A stretch of DNA of 64,000 nucleotides from positions 256,001-320,000 of the forward strand of contig JBBIRR010000001.1 of NCBI GenBank assembly GCA_037441705.1, given 5' to 3'. The position numbers were made by a program, and so were the translations under genes. Source of the DNA: Ignavibacteriales bacterium (lineage in GTDB: Bacteria > Bacteroidota > Ignavibacteria > UBA10030 > UBA6906). Under the pieces are notes generated by a model that saw only the letters and a program-made list of their open reading frames with translations, searched no databases and was not told where the DNA came from. Below are positions 32,365 to 42,540 of this stretch, in pieces. Each line of letters opens with the position of its first letter. The first letter of the stretch is position 1.

Positions 32365-34281
32365 ATGAAGCGTTTGGTCAGGAACCTGTGGTGTGTGTTT
32401 GTGGTCGCAGCAGGGGCGTTGCACGCCGTACGTGCCGATGACGACCCGAGTATCGTCATCACCTCACAGCCGGTCACGGTCGCTCGCGTTGGGCAGCCGT
32501 ACGAGTACGACGTCGACGCCGTGGTGATTCGAGGCAGCGGCCTCATCCTTTTCGAGCTGCGTGATGCGCCGGCGGGCATGACGATTGACCCGCTCAGCGG
32601 ATTGATTCAATGGATGCCGACGCAAACGGGCGCATTTCGTGTGAAGGTGCGGGCGGAAATTGAAGATGACTCGCCCACCGATGGCGGGCATGCCGACCAG
32701 GAGTACACGCTGTTTGTGCTGAACGGCGCGCCGGCTGCGCTGCGCGGGACTGTTCGCTCGCTGTCAGGGGTTCCCGTCCCCAACGTCCGCCTTCGTCTGT
32801 TCGAAATCACGTCGGCTCATTTCGTATTTGGCACGTTCAGCGACGCGCAGGGACGCTACAGCTTTCCCTCGGTCAACCCCGGTACGTACGTCATGCGCGT
32901 GCAGCCGCGCGATAATCTCTTCGCCGATCAGTGGTACGATCGTGCACAGCGTATCGAAGATGCGACGCCGATCCCTATCCCCGAAACGACTACCGTTACC
33001 ATCAATGTAACGCTGTTGCCGCGGGATACGGTGCGTGATCGGTTCACACTCTCAGGTACGGTGCGCGATAGCGCTGCCGCTCCGATTCATCGAGCGGCGG
33101 TGTTCATCTTTCGCGCACGTCAGCATGACGATCGGGACGCGTCGGGATTCAACTTCGAAGGATTGGATGACCGCGATCGCGATCAGCGGCTCGAGGCAGT
33201 CGTCCTCACGGACTCTCTCGGCCGGTATCAGGCACTGCTTCGCTCGCGACGGTACATCCTAATGGCGTTCAAAGACGGATTCGACCGCCAGTTCTGGGAT
33301 CACAAATCCACCATCCTCGAAGCCGATCGGCTTCGTCTCATCAGCGACACGACAGGGATTGACTTTGATCTGCAGCGAACCGCATCGGCAAACGGGTCCA
33401 TCTCCGGCACCATCACCGCTGCAGGCACAACCCAGCCTGTGTCGTCGCACGTGGTCGGGTTTCATCGTGCCACGCCGGACGGACGATTCTCGGGCTTCGT
33501 GCGTCACGCTGTAACGGACTCGGCCGGACGGTACACGCTTGCACGGCTACGGTCGGGTTTCTATATCGTGCTGGCACTGCCGCACGGAGATTTCCTCCCA
33601 ACATTTTACGATACATCCGGCGGCACACTCCAGCTTGCACATGCCTTTCCCGTGCCTGTCTCGCAAGCGCCCGTCAGCGGCATCGATATCGGCGTCTTTC
33701 CGGATACGATCACCGGGATGAATCGCGTGCGTGGTATTGTTGTGCAGAACGGCCGTCCGCTGCAAGGCTCGATCATCTATGCCATCGCGCAACACAACGG
33801 CAATCCACTCGGTGCTGCAGTTTCGGAAAGCGACGGGCGCTTTGCGATTGTGGGCCTGACGCCGGGCGCGTATCGCCTGCAAGCCATGAAACCCGGCTTC
33901 GCACAAACGATCACCACGCCGTTCACGCTCGTGCAGCAATCGGGCTTGCCTGCGACTGCAACGTCGAACATTACGCTCATCGAAAGCCCGACGGATGCGC
34001 GGCCCGGACAGGAACCCTTCGCGTTTCAGCTCATGCAGAATTACCCGAATCCTTTCAACCCATCAACCCGCATCACGTTCTCGCTTCATGTCGCTGGACT
34101 TGCGTCGCTGCAGGTATTCGACCTTCTGGGTCGGGAAGTTGCGGTGTTGGTGAATGAGGTCCTTCAACCGGACACGTACACGGTGGAATTCTCAGGATCG
34201 AATCTGGCCAGCGGCGTGTACTACTATCGTCTCAAGGCAGGCGGCTTCGTCGAGACGAGGAAGATGCTTCTGATTCGTTGA
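32365..34281 (+). CDS. T9SS-secreted protein with cadherin/Ig-like and carboxypeptidase-regulatory-like domains
   Basis: GGGAGG SD, signal peptide, PAGMTIDP-SG-I-W-P, repeated G-V...D-GRY beta-sandwiches, QNYPNPFNP...GVYYY...KMLLIR CTD. Confidence 0.85.
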   Translation: MKRLVRNLWCVFVVAAGALHAVRADDDPSIVITSQPVTVARVGQPYEYDVDAVVIRGSGLILFELRDAPAGMTIDPLSGLIQWMPTQTGAFRVKVRAEIEDDSPTDGGHADQEYTLFVLNGAPAALRGTVRSLSGVPVPNVRLRLFEITSAHFVFGTFSDAQGRYSFPSVNPGTYVMRVQPRDNLFADQWYDRAQRIEDATPIPIPETTTVTINVTLLPRDTVRDRFTLSGTVRDSAAAPIHRAAVFIFRARQHDDRDASGFNFEGLDDRDRDQRLEAVVLTDSLGRYQALLRSRRYILMAFKDGFDRQFWDHKSTILEADRLRLISDTTGIDFDLQRTASANGSISGTITAAGTTQPVSSHVVGFHRATPDGRFSGFVRHAVTDSAGRYTLARLRSGFYIVLALPHGDFLPTFYDTSGGTLQLAHAFPVPVSQAPVSGIDIGVFPDTITGMNRVRGIVVQNGRPLQGSIIYAIAQHNGNPLGAAVSESDGRFAIVGLTPGAYRLQAMKPGFAQTITTPFTLVQQSGLPATATSNITLIESPTDARPGQEPFAFQLMQNYPNPFNPSTRITFSLHVAGLASLQVFDLLGREVAVLVNEVLQPDTYTVEFSGSNLASGVYYYRLKAGGFVETRKMLLIR

Positions 34282-34310
34282 GCAAGAGGTTTCCTTCGCA
34301 ACATTCTCCG

Positions 34311-34450
34311 GAGGCTGACCAAAAAGTAGTACCACGTCATTCTGAGCCTCGTTTCTCAGAGGCGAAGAATCCAGAACCGAGCCATTTACTGGATTCGTCA
34401 CTCCGCTTCGCTCCGTTCAGAATGACAATGGTTTCTTTTTGTACAGCCTC
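34311..34450. mobile_element. 140-bp MITE-like element with a nested inverted repeat
   Basis: Terminal IRs GAGGCTGACCAAAAAG / CTTTTTGTACAGCCTC (14/16); internal IR GTCATTCTGA...TCAGAATGAC. Confidence 0.65.
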
Positions 34451-34621
34451 TCTTGTTTGAAATCCTTCCGAGCACAGCCTCTATTTTGTTGCAATTTTGT
34501 TACCTTTGCCTGTAACCGAAACCATTCCATTTCTGCACACGCTCTCGCGAATCTCCCATCACAAAAATTCGTATGAGAGTCTGAGGAAGCGACGAACAAA
34601 CCTTAGGAGAAGGAGCCGCCC

Positions 34622-35605
34622 ATGGAACCCCACGTTGTTCTCGGATTTCGCGACGAGTTGGTCGAACGAAGGCAGAAGTTAGAACATGCACTCACCCATA
34701 CGGATCAGAACGAGAACCTGCAACGCTTGCTGCAAGAAGTGGACGCAGCACTGGAACGAATTGCAGCAGGAACGTTCGGCATCTGTGAGACCTGCCATGA
34801 AGCCATTGAAGTAGACCGCTTGCGCGTAGACCCCTTGATCCGCAACTGCCTCGATCATCTCACCGCCGCTGAACAGCGGGCGCTGGAGCGCGACCTCGAC
34901 CTGGCATTTCAAATCCAGCGGGGATTGTTGCCGAAAAATCACCTGCAGCACGGCTGCTGGAGTGCAGCCTATCACTATGAGCCTGCGGCGCATGTGAGCG
35001 GCGACTACTGCGATATCATCATTCCGGAATCCGACGGAGGGCGGATGTTCTTTTTTGTTGGTGATGTTGCAGGCAAAGGTGTGGCGGCCTCGATTCTCAT
35101 GGGGCATCTCCACGCCATGTTTCGCAGTCTGCCGATGACGCAGATGCCGCTCGGCGGATTGGTGGCACGAGCCAATCGCATCTTCTGCGATGGAACACCT
35201 GCCGGGCACTACGCCACGCTTATCTCAGGAACCACAACGCTCAACGGCGAAGTGGAGCTGAACAATGCGGGCCATCCTTCGCCGTTCATTCTGACTCGCG
35301 ACGGCGTGCGACCCATCCCGTCCATGACGACGCCGATCGGATTGTTCTGCCAGAACGATTTCCCAACAACACGGTTTACTCTCCAGCCCGGCGAAAGCCT
35401 TGTCGTGTACACCGACGGCCTGACGGAAGCAACGAACGGTTCGGGCGAGCAGTACGGAGAGAAACGCCTGGCCGACGTGTTGCTTCATCACGTGCGATCG
35501 TCTCCTCGGGAGATTCTCGAGGCGTGTGTTGACGACCTGAAGGCATTCAAAGGAAAGACAACGAAGTCCGACGACCTGACGATCCTTGTGCTGCAGCGAG
35601 CGTAG
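34622..35605 (+). CDS. DksA/TraR zinc-finger fused to a SpoIIE/RsbU (PP2C) phosphatase
   Basis: AL-RI--GTFGICETCHEAI---RL---P----CLDH, then SGDYCD, GDVAGKG, YTDGLTE and DDLT motifs. Confidence 0.88.
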   Translation: MEPHVVLGFRDELVERRQKLEHALTHTDQNENLQRLLQEVDAALERIAAGTFGICETCHEAIEVDRLRVDPLIRNCLDHLTAAEQRALERDLDLAFQIQRGLLPKNHLQHGCWSAAYHYEPAAHVSGDYCDIIIPESDGGRMFFFVGDVAGKGVAASILMGHLHAMFRSLPMTQMPLGGLVARANRIFCDGTPAGHYATLISGTTTLNGEVELNNAGHPSPFILTRDGVRPIPSMTTPIGLFCQNDFPTTRFTLQPGESLVVYTDGLTEATNGSGEQYGEKRLADVLLHHVRSSPREILEACVDDLKAFKGKTTKSDDLTILVLQRA

Positions 35606-35607
35606 CC

Positions 35608-36180
35608 CTACACGCGCTTGACGGTGACGCGGTCAACGTATTTCACTTTCTCGGTATCAACCCGCACCGTGTCTCCCGTCTCCACAAACTGCGGCACCAT
35701 GATCTCGATGCCGTTTTCGAGCTTCGCGGGCTTAAGGGTGTTATCATGCTCGCCGCGGAGGCCGGGCCCTGTGGCATCCACTTTCAACTCCACGACTTTC
35801 GGAAACTGCACCGCGACGGCCTCGTCGCCCAGCAATTCGACCGTGACGCGCATTCCCTCCTTCATGAACTTCACCGCCTGACCGATGGAAGGAAGAGGAA
35901 TGCCCACCTGCTCAAACGTCTCCGGGTCCATGAAGTAGCACTGCTCGTTGTCGGCGTAGAGGAAATCCATCGGACGCTTGCGCAGTTCAACGTCCTCCAA
36001 CTTGTCGGCGTGTTTGAACCGCCGTTCGGCGAAATGCCCGAAGCGTACATCATGCAGCTTCAACTCGATAAACCCCTGCATTTGCCCACTGCCGGAATGA
36101 CGAATCACCTCGAGAACTTTGTACAGCTTGCCGTCCAGATGAATTGCCGTTCCGGGTTTCACATCAGAGGCGAGTACCAT
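35608..36180 (-). CDS. Elongation factor P-like protein with an atypical loop
   Basis: FLYAD...FMDPETFEQ, KPAKLENG and VPQFV-GD-VRVDT motifs; loop reads HSGSGQMQG rather than PGKG. Confidence 0.88.
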   Translation of the reverse strand: MVLASDVKPGTAIHLDGKLYKVLEVIRHSGSGQMQGFIELKLHDVRFGHFAERRFKHADKLEDVELRKRPMDFLYADNEQCYFMDPETFEQVGIPLPSIGQAVKFMKEGMRVTVELLGDEAVAVQFPKVVELKVDATGPGLRGEHDNTLKPAKLENGIEIMVPQFVETGDTVRVDTEKVKYVDRVTVKRV

Positions 36181-36216
36181 GATGACCTCCTTTGCTCGGC
36201 ATTAGGTTGCAGATGA

Positions 36217-36245
36217 AAACTATTGAGGCACAAGGGGAAAGTCAA
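36217..36245 (-). promoter_or_regulatory. Sigma70-like promoter of the EF-P-like gene
   Basis: TTGACT-N17-TAGTTT; AAAGGAGG SD before ATG 36180. Confidence 0.55.
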
Positions 36246-36388
36246 GATGTCAACGAGGAGAACCACACCCCGGCATCGACTTGCCTGCAGCGCGCAAAGC
36301 TGAGGCCGGGGAGGGAAACCACAAAGCTTAGCTTACACGTGTACGTGAAGGGCAAAATTCACCAACGCAAGTGCTGAATGACGCGCCC

Positions 36389-36547
36389 GCTCCGTAGGAG
36401 CGGCACTGTTTGTAGAACTCAAGGGCAACGACTTGCCTCAAGCCCCAGCGGGGCGACCTATTCATGTTCGAGGAAACAGGTCGCCCCTGCGGGGCTGATT
36501 TTGTTTTCCTGTTGCGGGTACTACAAACAGGTCGTCCCTTCGGGACT
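36389..36547. repeat. Four-unit REP/REPIN-like palindromic element
   Basis: Outer arms ...CTGTTTGTAG / CTACAAACAG..., inner arms AGCCCCAGCGGGGCGACCT / AGGTCGCCCCTGCGGGGCT; each unit carries a small hairpin. Confidence 0.8.
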
Positions 36548-36587
36548 CACATAACAGCGTAGGGGGTAACGGCGATTGTTGAAACGA

Positions 36588-38309
36588 TCAATACCTCCAA
36601 CTCGTCACGTCCGCCCCCTTCGGTGCTGTCTTCAATATCCGTTCAACCGCTCGCGGGATGAACATCTGATGATAGCGCAGACGTGAGATGGCGTTGGGGC
36701 GCGTGTGGTCGCCGTTCCAGCAATGTTCCGCACGCGGCTCGTAATCCACCTCGCCGGCATAGTACGGATAGGTTGTGCTCTCCAGAAACTCTTCGATGAG
36801 ATACACCGCGTTGTTCAAGAAAAAATTATCCGCCTCGCCGCAGTAGATGTGAATCTTCCCCTCCAACTTTTTTCCCAATCCCTTGTGCCAGTCGCGGCGG
36901 AGAATGGCGCTGAGATCGTAGTGCTCGCGCCAGTACGCTGCAACCGTACGATCGATCTTCCCGGTGAGCTTGTCCCAAATCGGCTTTGGGTAGCCGTCGT
37001 CGCCGACGGGACCGAAGACGGCCTGCCAGATATCCCACTGCTCGCCGGAGCGAGCGTTCGTGCCGAGCGCAAGCTCGTAGTGATTTGCCTCCTCGAGTGT
37101 GGCGAGCGTTTCGCCAAGATAATTGCGCGTGGCGGGACGTGGCGTGTGTTTCCATTTGCTGTCATAGTAGTACGCATTCTCGTGCTCGTACACATTCACA
37201 ACACCGTACGCGCGGAAATCCACCGGGTCGGGACACGCGGCGTAGCAGCCGTTGAATTCGTCGGGATAGAATATCTGCACCGCAAGGGCTTCCCAACCGC
37301 CCGTCGAGCCGCCGTAGACGAAGCGCGACCAGCCCGTGCCGAGACAGCGGAATGTTTTCTCTACAAAAGGAATCAGCTCGTACATGATTGCGTCGCCGTA
37401 GGGACCGAGGTTCGCCGAGTTGACGGCATAGGAGTCGTCGTAGTACGGGTTGGCGTGCTGAATTTCGATCGCAACCACACGAGGAAAGTTTGGTCCCGTC
37501 CATTCTTTGAAGAACTCGTACGCGTACATCTCCACAATCTTATTGTAATCGTGAAGTTTGAAGCGCTTGCTGTACTCTCCCTTCATCGCTGCCGTGTCCG
37601 GCCTGGTCTCACGGAAACCGCCGAACGTGTACGGAAAATGTCCGTGAAAGATCATCAGCGGATAGCGCGCCTGTGGATGCGTGTCGAATCCTTCGGGCAG
37701 AAGCACATTGGCGCCAAGGAACATCGGGCGTCCCCAGAATTTTGTGAGGCGATCGCTTTGAATACGCACATGCTTGATGTACTTCGTATCCTTCGGCGGC
37801 TTGATGGGGGGAATCTCCTGATCGAGCACGATGCTGACGGTTTCGGTGCGCGAAGGGTCAATCCACATTTTCTTTGGCGTGCTATAGAGATTGCCCGGAG
37901 CGCGGTTCCAGTGTTGGCCTTCTCCTCTATCCATCGGCAGTTTCACGGTGTGGCCGTCGGCGCGTTTGAACGTCTCGTACCTGTGCAGAAGTCCCTGTAC
38001 CCAATACCATCCCGGGGGAATCGCCGCGATGGTACGGACGGGAAACCCGAATGCTCCTTCACCCACAACCGCAGGGGCGCTTGGTTTCCATCCATCAACA
38101 TCCATCCCGAACACCTGCTGCGTTTCCGGTCCCTCATTGATCTGGAAGCGCGGCTCGGCGGTGCTGTCGGTCGAGATCATCAGCAGCAGCCGGCCGTCGA
38201 GCGCGGTGCGACTGCGTTCCGCCGGGAAGGAAATTGCAAAGCGAAGTGCCGCCGATTGAGCAACGATCGGTGCCGACACGAACAAGCAGAACAGGAGAAG
38301 TTTCTTCAT
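36588..38309 (-). CDS. Secreted alpha/beta-hydrolase (putative esterase)
   Basis: Signal peptide; GGSTGGW nucleophile elbow; NSANLGPYG. Confidence 0.8.
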   Translation of the reverse strand: MKKLLLFCLFVSAPIVAQSAALRFAISFPAERSRTALDGRLLLMISTDSTAEPRFQINEGPETQQVFGMDVDGWKPSAPAVVGEGAFGFPVRTIAAIPPGWYWVQGLLHRYETFKRADGHTVKLPMDRGEGQHWNRAPGNLYSTPKKMWIDPSRTETVSIVLDQEIPPIKPPKDTKYIKHVRIQSDRLTKFWGRPMFLGANVLLPEGFDTHPQARYPLMIFHGHFPYTFGGFRETRPDTAAMKGEYSKRFKLHDYNKIVEMYAYEFFKEWTGPNFPRVVAIEIQHANPYYDDSYAVNSANLGPYGDAIMYELIPFVEKTFRCLGTGWSRFVYGGSTGGWEALAVQIFYPDEFNGCYAACPDPVDFRAYGVVNVYEHENAYYYDSKWKHTPRPATRNYLGETLATLEEANHYELALGTNARSGEQWDIWQAVFGPVGDDGYPKPIWDKLTGKIDRTVAAYWREHYDLSAILRRDWHKGLGKKLEGKIHIYCGEADNFFLNNAVYLIEEFLESTTYPYYAGEVDYEPRAEHCWNGDHTRPNAISRLRYHQMFIPRAVERILKTAPKGADVTSWRY

Positions 38310-38501
38310 AGATGACTCCGTGGTACATGTGTGATGGTTTCCAGAGTAAACGTCAAGAAAGTAGAAAAAGAAGATTCAATTCAAAAGCCGGAAGGAACCA
38401 TGCCTGCATGAAGATGTGGGGCAGAGCCTGCAACAGAGGCGGCTCCATTTGCGTCAAAGCATCCGAACTTGAACAACCACAAATCCGAAAGGCAGGAATC
38501 C

Positions 38502-38960
38502 ATGCGACGACTGACGAAACTCGTTATGGGCCTTGCGCTGACAATGTCAGCATACGCTGCATCAGCGCAGGCGGAGGAACCCCGCGCGGGCATGCGCCCC
38601 TTCGCGGCGGCGGACGTTTATCGCACATTCGACATCAAACGATACGAAAAGAATTTTGCGCAGACGCTGTCGCACCCTGTGCCGATGATTGTCGAGTCGG
38701 CGCTGGCGCAGGTCGTGATGCTGAAGCTTTCGCAACCCCAAGCCGCATGCACCGAATGGCGGAACAGGATCGGGATTCTCGCTCAGGAAGGCGCAACACC
38801 GGGCGTACGCTACAAAGCCTATCTTGCTACGATGGCGTTCGATCAGCCGGAACAGTTCGCTCACATCCCGTCCGGCACCTACCGCACGATTGACGACATG
38901 TTCATGGCACTCGCCGATGAGGTTCAACGCGTGGCGTTCACGTCGCGAGACGTGCAGTGA
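38502..38960 (+). CDS. Hypothetical secreted protein
   Basis: ATG 38502 with AGGA SD; signal peptide ending ASAQA. Confidence 0.7.
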   Translation: MRRLTKLVMGLALTMSAYAASAQAEEPRAGMRPFAAADVYRTFDIKRYEKNFAQTLSHPVPMIVESALAQVVMLKLSQPQAACTEWRNRIGILAQEGATPGVRYKAYLATMAFDQPEQFAHIPSGTYRTIDDMFMALADEVQRVAFTSRDVQ

Positions 38961-39038
38961 TGGGCAGCCCTGGCCTTCTTCACTACGAAAAAGGCCCTGC
39001 CCGAGGAACGTTCGTGATGGTTGAGGAGAGGGTGTCGG

Positions 39039-39704
39039 CTAACGCGTTTCGCTTGCCCGATGTTTCACCACACGCGCTTCGGCCATGAAGATGACCTCCT
39101 CGGCGATGTTGGTGGCGAGATCGGCGACACGCTCGAGGTTCCGGCTGATGCGGATCAACTCGAGCGCCTCGGTAATCGTGTCGGGACTTTTTTGCATGAT
39201 CACGATGAGGTCATCAACGACTTTGCGATTGAGGTCGTCAATGGCATCGTCGCTGTTGAGCACTTTGTGCGCAAGCTCGGGATTGATCTGAATGAAACCG
39301 TCAATGGCATCGCGCAGCATCATTTTGGTGATGTCGGCCATCTTCGGGATGTCAATCAGCGGTTTGACCGGAGGATGATCGGCGCACTTGATGGCGGACT
39401 CGGCGATGTTCACCGCATGGTCGCCGATGCGTTCGAGATCGTTGTTGATCTTCGACGCAGCGAGAATGAAGCGCAGATCCGTGGCCACGGGCTGCTGCAG
39501 CGCGAGAATGTCGATCACCGCATCGTCGATCTCGATCTCCAGAGAGTTGATGCGTTGTTCCTTTGCGACCACCTGCTGGGCGAGCTGCTTATCCCGCTGC
39601 AGCACCGCGCGGATGGAGTCGGCGATTGCTTCCTCTGCGAAGCTCGCCATCTTGATCAAATTCGTCTTGAGCATTTCCAGCTCGTGCACAAAATGCCGTT
39701 GCAT
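39039..39704 (-). CDS. phoU: Phosphate signaling protein PhoU
   Basis: QPVATDLR, DLERIGDHA and LERVADLATNIAE motifs. Confidence 0.96.
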   Translation of the reverse strand: MQRHFVHELEMLKTNLIKMASFAEEAIADSIRAVLQRDKQLAQQVVAKEQRINSLEIEIDDAVIDILALQQPVATDLRFILAASKINNDLERIGDHAVNIAESAIKCADHPPVKPLIDIPKMADITKMMLRDAIDGFIQINPELAHKVLNSDDAIDDLNRKVVDDLIVIMQKSPDTITEALELIRISRNLERVADLATNIAEEVIFMAEARVVKHRASETR

Positions 39705-39721
39705 GATCTCGTCTCGCTGAA

Positions 39722-40486
39722 TTATCCGAACCGTCCGGTGATATACTCTTCCGTGTGTTTCTTCTCGGGGGTGGTAAACATGCGTTTGGTTTCGCCAAAC
39801 TCGATCAACTCTCCCATATAGAAGAACGCCGTGAAATCGCTGACGCGCGCGGCCTGCTGCATGTTGTGAGTAACGATAACGATTGTGTAGTTCTCCTTCA
39901 ACTCGTAGATGAGTTCCTCGATCTTTGCCGTCGCAATGGGATCGAGGGCGCTGGCCGGCTCATCCATGAGCAGCACTTCCGGGTCAACCGCCAGGGCACG
40001 CGCGATGCACAGGCGTTGCTGCTGACCGCCCGACAGGGCAAGGCCGCTTTTCTTCAGGTCGTCTTTCACCTCATCCCATAGCGCCGCGCGCCGCAACGAG
40101 CGTTCGACAATTTCATCCAGCTGCGCGCGCTCACGGATGCCGTTGATGCGCGGGCCGTAGGCGACGTTTTCATAAATGGATTTGGGAAACGGATTGGATT
40201 TCTGGAAAATCATCCCGACACGTTTGCGCAGTTCCACCACATCCACCCCGGTGTCATAGATGTTCACGCCGTCAATCAATACCGTTCCCTCAATCCTGAC
40301 GCCGTCGATGAGTTCGTTCATCCGATTGAGCGTGCGGAGGAAGGTGGACTTGCCGCAGCCGGACGGCCCGATGAACGCCGTGACCTGATGCGACGGAATC
40401 TGCATGCTGATGTTCTTCAGCGCCTGCTTTGGCCCGTAGAAGAGATTCAGATCGTGTGTGACAATTTTGATCGAAGGATGCGTCAT
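39722..40486 (-). CDS. pstB: Phosphate ABC ATPase
   Basis: [17 protein letters not shown] and YITGRFG motifs. Confidence 0.97.
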   Translation of the reverse strand: MTHPSIKIVTHDLNLFYGPKQALKNISMQIPSHQVTAFIGPSGCGKSTFLRTLNRMNELIDGVRIEGTVLIDGVNIYDTGVDVVELRKRVGMIFQKSNPFPKSIYENVAYGPRINGIRERAQLDEIVERSLRRAALWDEVKDDLKKSGLALSGGQQQRLCIARALAVDPEVLLMDEPASALDPIATAKIEELIYELKENYTIVIVTHNMQQAARVSDFTAFFYMGELIEFGETKRMFTTPEKKHTEEYITGRFG

Positions 40487-40497
40487 GGATAATCCAT

Positions 40498-41403
40498 CTA
40501 CTGAAGTTGTCTTGACCGCACACGCGATCGCAGGAGGATGGCGGAGAAGTTCAGCACAAAGGTCAACATCAGCAACACCAAGGTTGTTGCGTACTGGATT
40601 CCCCGCGTCGCCTCGACGTTCGTGGATTGTGTGGACATGATGTAAATGTGATAGCCGAGATGCATGAACTGACTGGACAGCGCATCCGGCAGTTCAGGAA
40701 GGAAATACGCAGCGCCCGTGAACAGAATCGGCGCCACTTCCCCTGCCCCGCGACTCACCGCAAGAATGCCGCCGGTGAGAATGCCGTTGAGCGAATTGGG
40801 AATCACCACTTTCCAGACCGTCTGCCATCGTGTGGCGCCAACGGCGAGACTCGCCGCACGCAATTCCTGCGGGACGTTCTTGATCGCTTCCTCAACCGAA
40901 ACGATCACAACGGGCAGCGTCAGCAATGCCATCGTGAGACTTGCCCAGAGGATGTTGGGCTGTGCCCATCGCAGCCTCACCCCGTCGGTGAACATCCTGT
41001 CCATGCCGGTGCCGATGAACTGCACGAAGAAGCCGAGGCCGAACAACCCGAAGACGATCGAGGGTACGCCTGCCAGTGTGTTGACGGCGAAGCGAATGGC
41101 GCGCGCAATCACCGAGCGTTGATGGGCATACTCGCTGAGATACACCGCCGTAATCGCGCCGGCGGGAACGCCCGCCACCGACATCAGCAACACCAACAGC
41201 ACCGTGCCGACAATCGCGGGGAAGATGCCGCCGGCTGTCATGCCCTCTCTCGGCGCGGTGGTAAGAAACTCCCAGCTCAGCGTGTCTTTCCCGCCCATCA
41301 CGATGGTCAGCGATATTAGAACCATCGCAGCAACAATCGCCAGAGTTGCCGCGGCGCTGGTGCCGATCACTCCTAATCCGATGAGGCGTCGTTTCAAATT
41401 CAT
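40498..41403 (-). CDS. pstA: Phosphate ABC permease
   Basis: [19 protein letters not shown] and GEVAP motifs; start set to ATG 41403. Confidence 0.93.
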   Translation of the reverse strand: MNLKRRLIGLGVIGTSAAATLAIVAAMVLISLTIVMGGKDTLSWEFLTTAPREGMTAGGIFPAIVGTVLLVLLMSVAGVPAGAITAVYLSEYAHQRSVIARAIRFAVNTLAGVPSIVFGLFGLGFFVQFIGTGMDRMFTDGVRLRWAQPNILWASLTMALLTLPVVIVSVEEAIKNVPQELRAASLAVGATRWQTVWKVVIPNSLNGILTGGILAVSRGAGEVAPILFTGAAYFLPELPDALSSQFMHLGYHIYIMSTQSTNVEATRGIQYATTLVLLMLTFVLNFSAILLRSRVRSRQLQ

Positions 41404-41404
41404 C

Positions 41405-42538
41405 TCACACTCCCCGGAATCGCTTGATGAGCCGCTGTCGAACGTACAGTTCGGCAACAGCATTGAGCGTGAACGTGAAGACAAACAGGATTGCCCCGAT
41501 CAAGAACAGGACGTGATAGTGGATATCGCCGAATACCACCTCCGCCATTTCTGCTCCGATCGTGGCCGACATCGTCCGCACGGGCTCGAGAATGCTCCAC
41601 GACACCAGCGCTGCGTTGCCCGTTGCCATCAGCACGATCATCGTTTCGCCGAACGCGCGCCCGAAGCCGAGGAGAATTGCAGCGAACACGCCAGGCGTTG
41701 CCCCCGGCAGCGTTACAAAGAGTGCGGTCTGCCAGTTCGTGGCGCCGAGGGCGAGGCTTGCCTCTTTCATGAATTTCGGCACGGCGTTCAACGCATCCTC
41801 TGCAATCGTGTAGATGATGGGAATGACGGTAAGCGCCATGGCCATGCCGCCAAGCAGGACGTTGAGTCGGTACTGATAGCCGAACGTATGCTGCATGATG
41901 GTTGCAAGCGACATTAGAGCAAAGAAGCCGATGACGACGGAGGGAAATCCCGCCAGCAGTTCGATGATGGGTTTGATCAACTCCCGCGCCCGGGGCGGCG
42001 CAAACGCCGAGGTGAAGATGGCCGCGAGAATCGCCAGCGGCGCGGCAATCAACAACGCGACAATCGTCACCTTCAGAGAGCCGACGATCAGTGGAATCAG
42101 CCCGAACTTCGGCAACGAACCCACCGGCTGCCAGGTAACGGAAAGGAGATTCTCGATCATTGCCGATCCGGCCGAGGCGTCGCCGTATTCTACGCCGTCA
42201 ACCTTACGCGCTTCACTCAACGCGCGCGCGCTTTCGCTCAGTGCTTCGTCGCCGTAAGTTTCCTCCTGCGCGGCCTGGTCTACCTGAGCAGCTTCCGGTC
42301 GGGAGAAAAATACCGGGGCCGCCTCACGAAACACAAAGACAAAGATGAGCACGATGGTGGCAAGCGAGACGAAAGCCACGGCCGTGATCAACTTCTCCGC
42401 AAGAAATTCATCCCACCGAAACCGTCTCTTCATATTCGCCGGCGTCATCGGCGAGGGATGTTCAGCTTCCCGGCGCCGTGACGCTATCGGCAAAGTCTCC
42501 TGCTCATTCGCTGTGCGTTGCTCCAAGAGTTCTGCCAT
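41405..42538 (-). CDS. pstC: Phosphate ABC permease
   Basis: ELLAGFPSVV and GRAFGETM motifs. Confidence 0.93.
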   Translation of the reverse strand: MAELLEQRTANEQETLPIASRRREAEHPSPMTPANMKRRFRWDEFLAEKLITAVAFVSLATIVLIFVFVFREAAPVFFSRPEAAQVDQAAQEETYGDEALSESARALSEARKVDGVEYGDASAGSAMIENLLSVTWQPVGSLPKFGLIPLIVGSLKVTIVALLIAAPLAILAAIFTSAFAPPRARELIKPIIELLAGFPSVVIGFFALMSLATIMQHTFGYQYRLNVLLGGMAMALTVIPIIYTIAEDALNAVPKFMKEASLALGATNWQTALFVTLPGATPGVFAAILLGFGRAFGETMIVLMATGNAALVSWSILEPVRTMSATIGAEMAEVVFGDIHYHVLFLIGAILFVFTFTLNAVAELYVRQRLIKRFRGV

Positions 42539-42540
42539 TC

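Noticed and set aside
36255-36325. CCCCGGC/GCCGGGG stem, similar to GGTTTCCCCTGACCCGGCATC at about 26767
   Set aside because: Similarity is short and gapped; cannot be distinguished from chance in GC-rich DNA.
36705-38315. 536-aa plus-strand ORF
   Set aside because: Antisense shadow of the esterase gene; no motifs.
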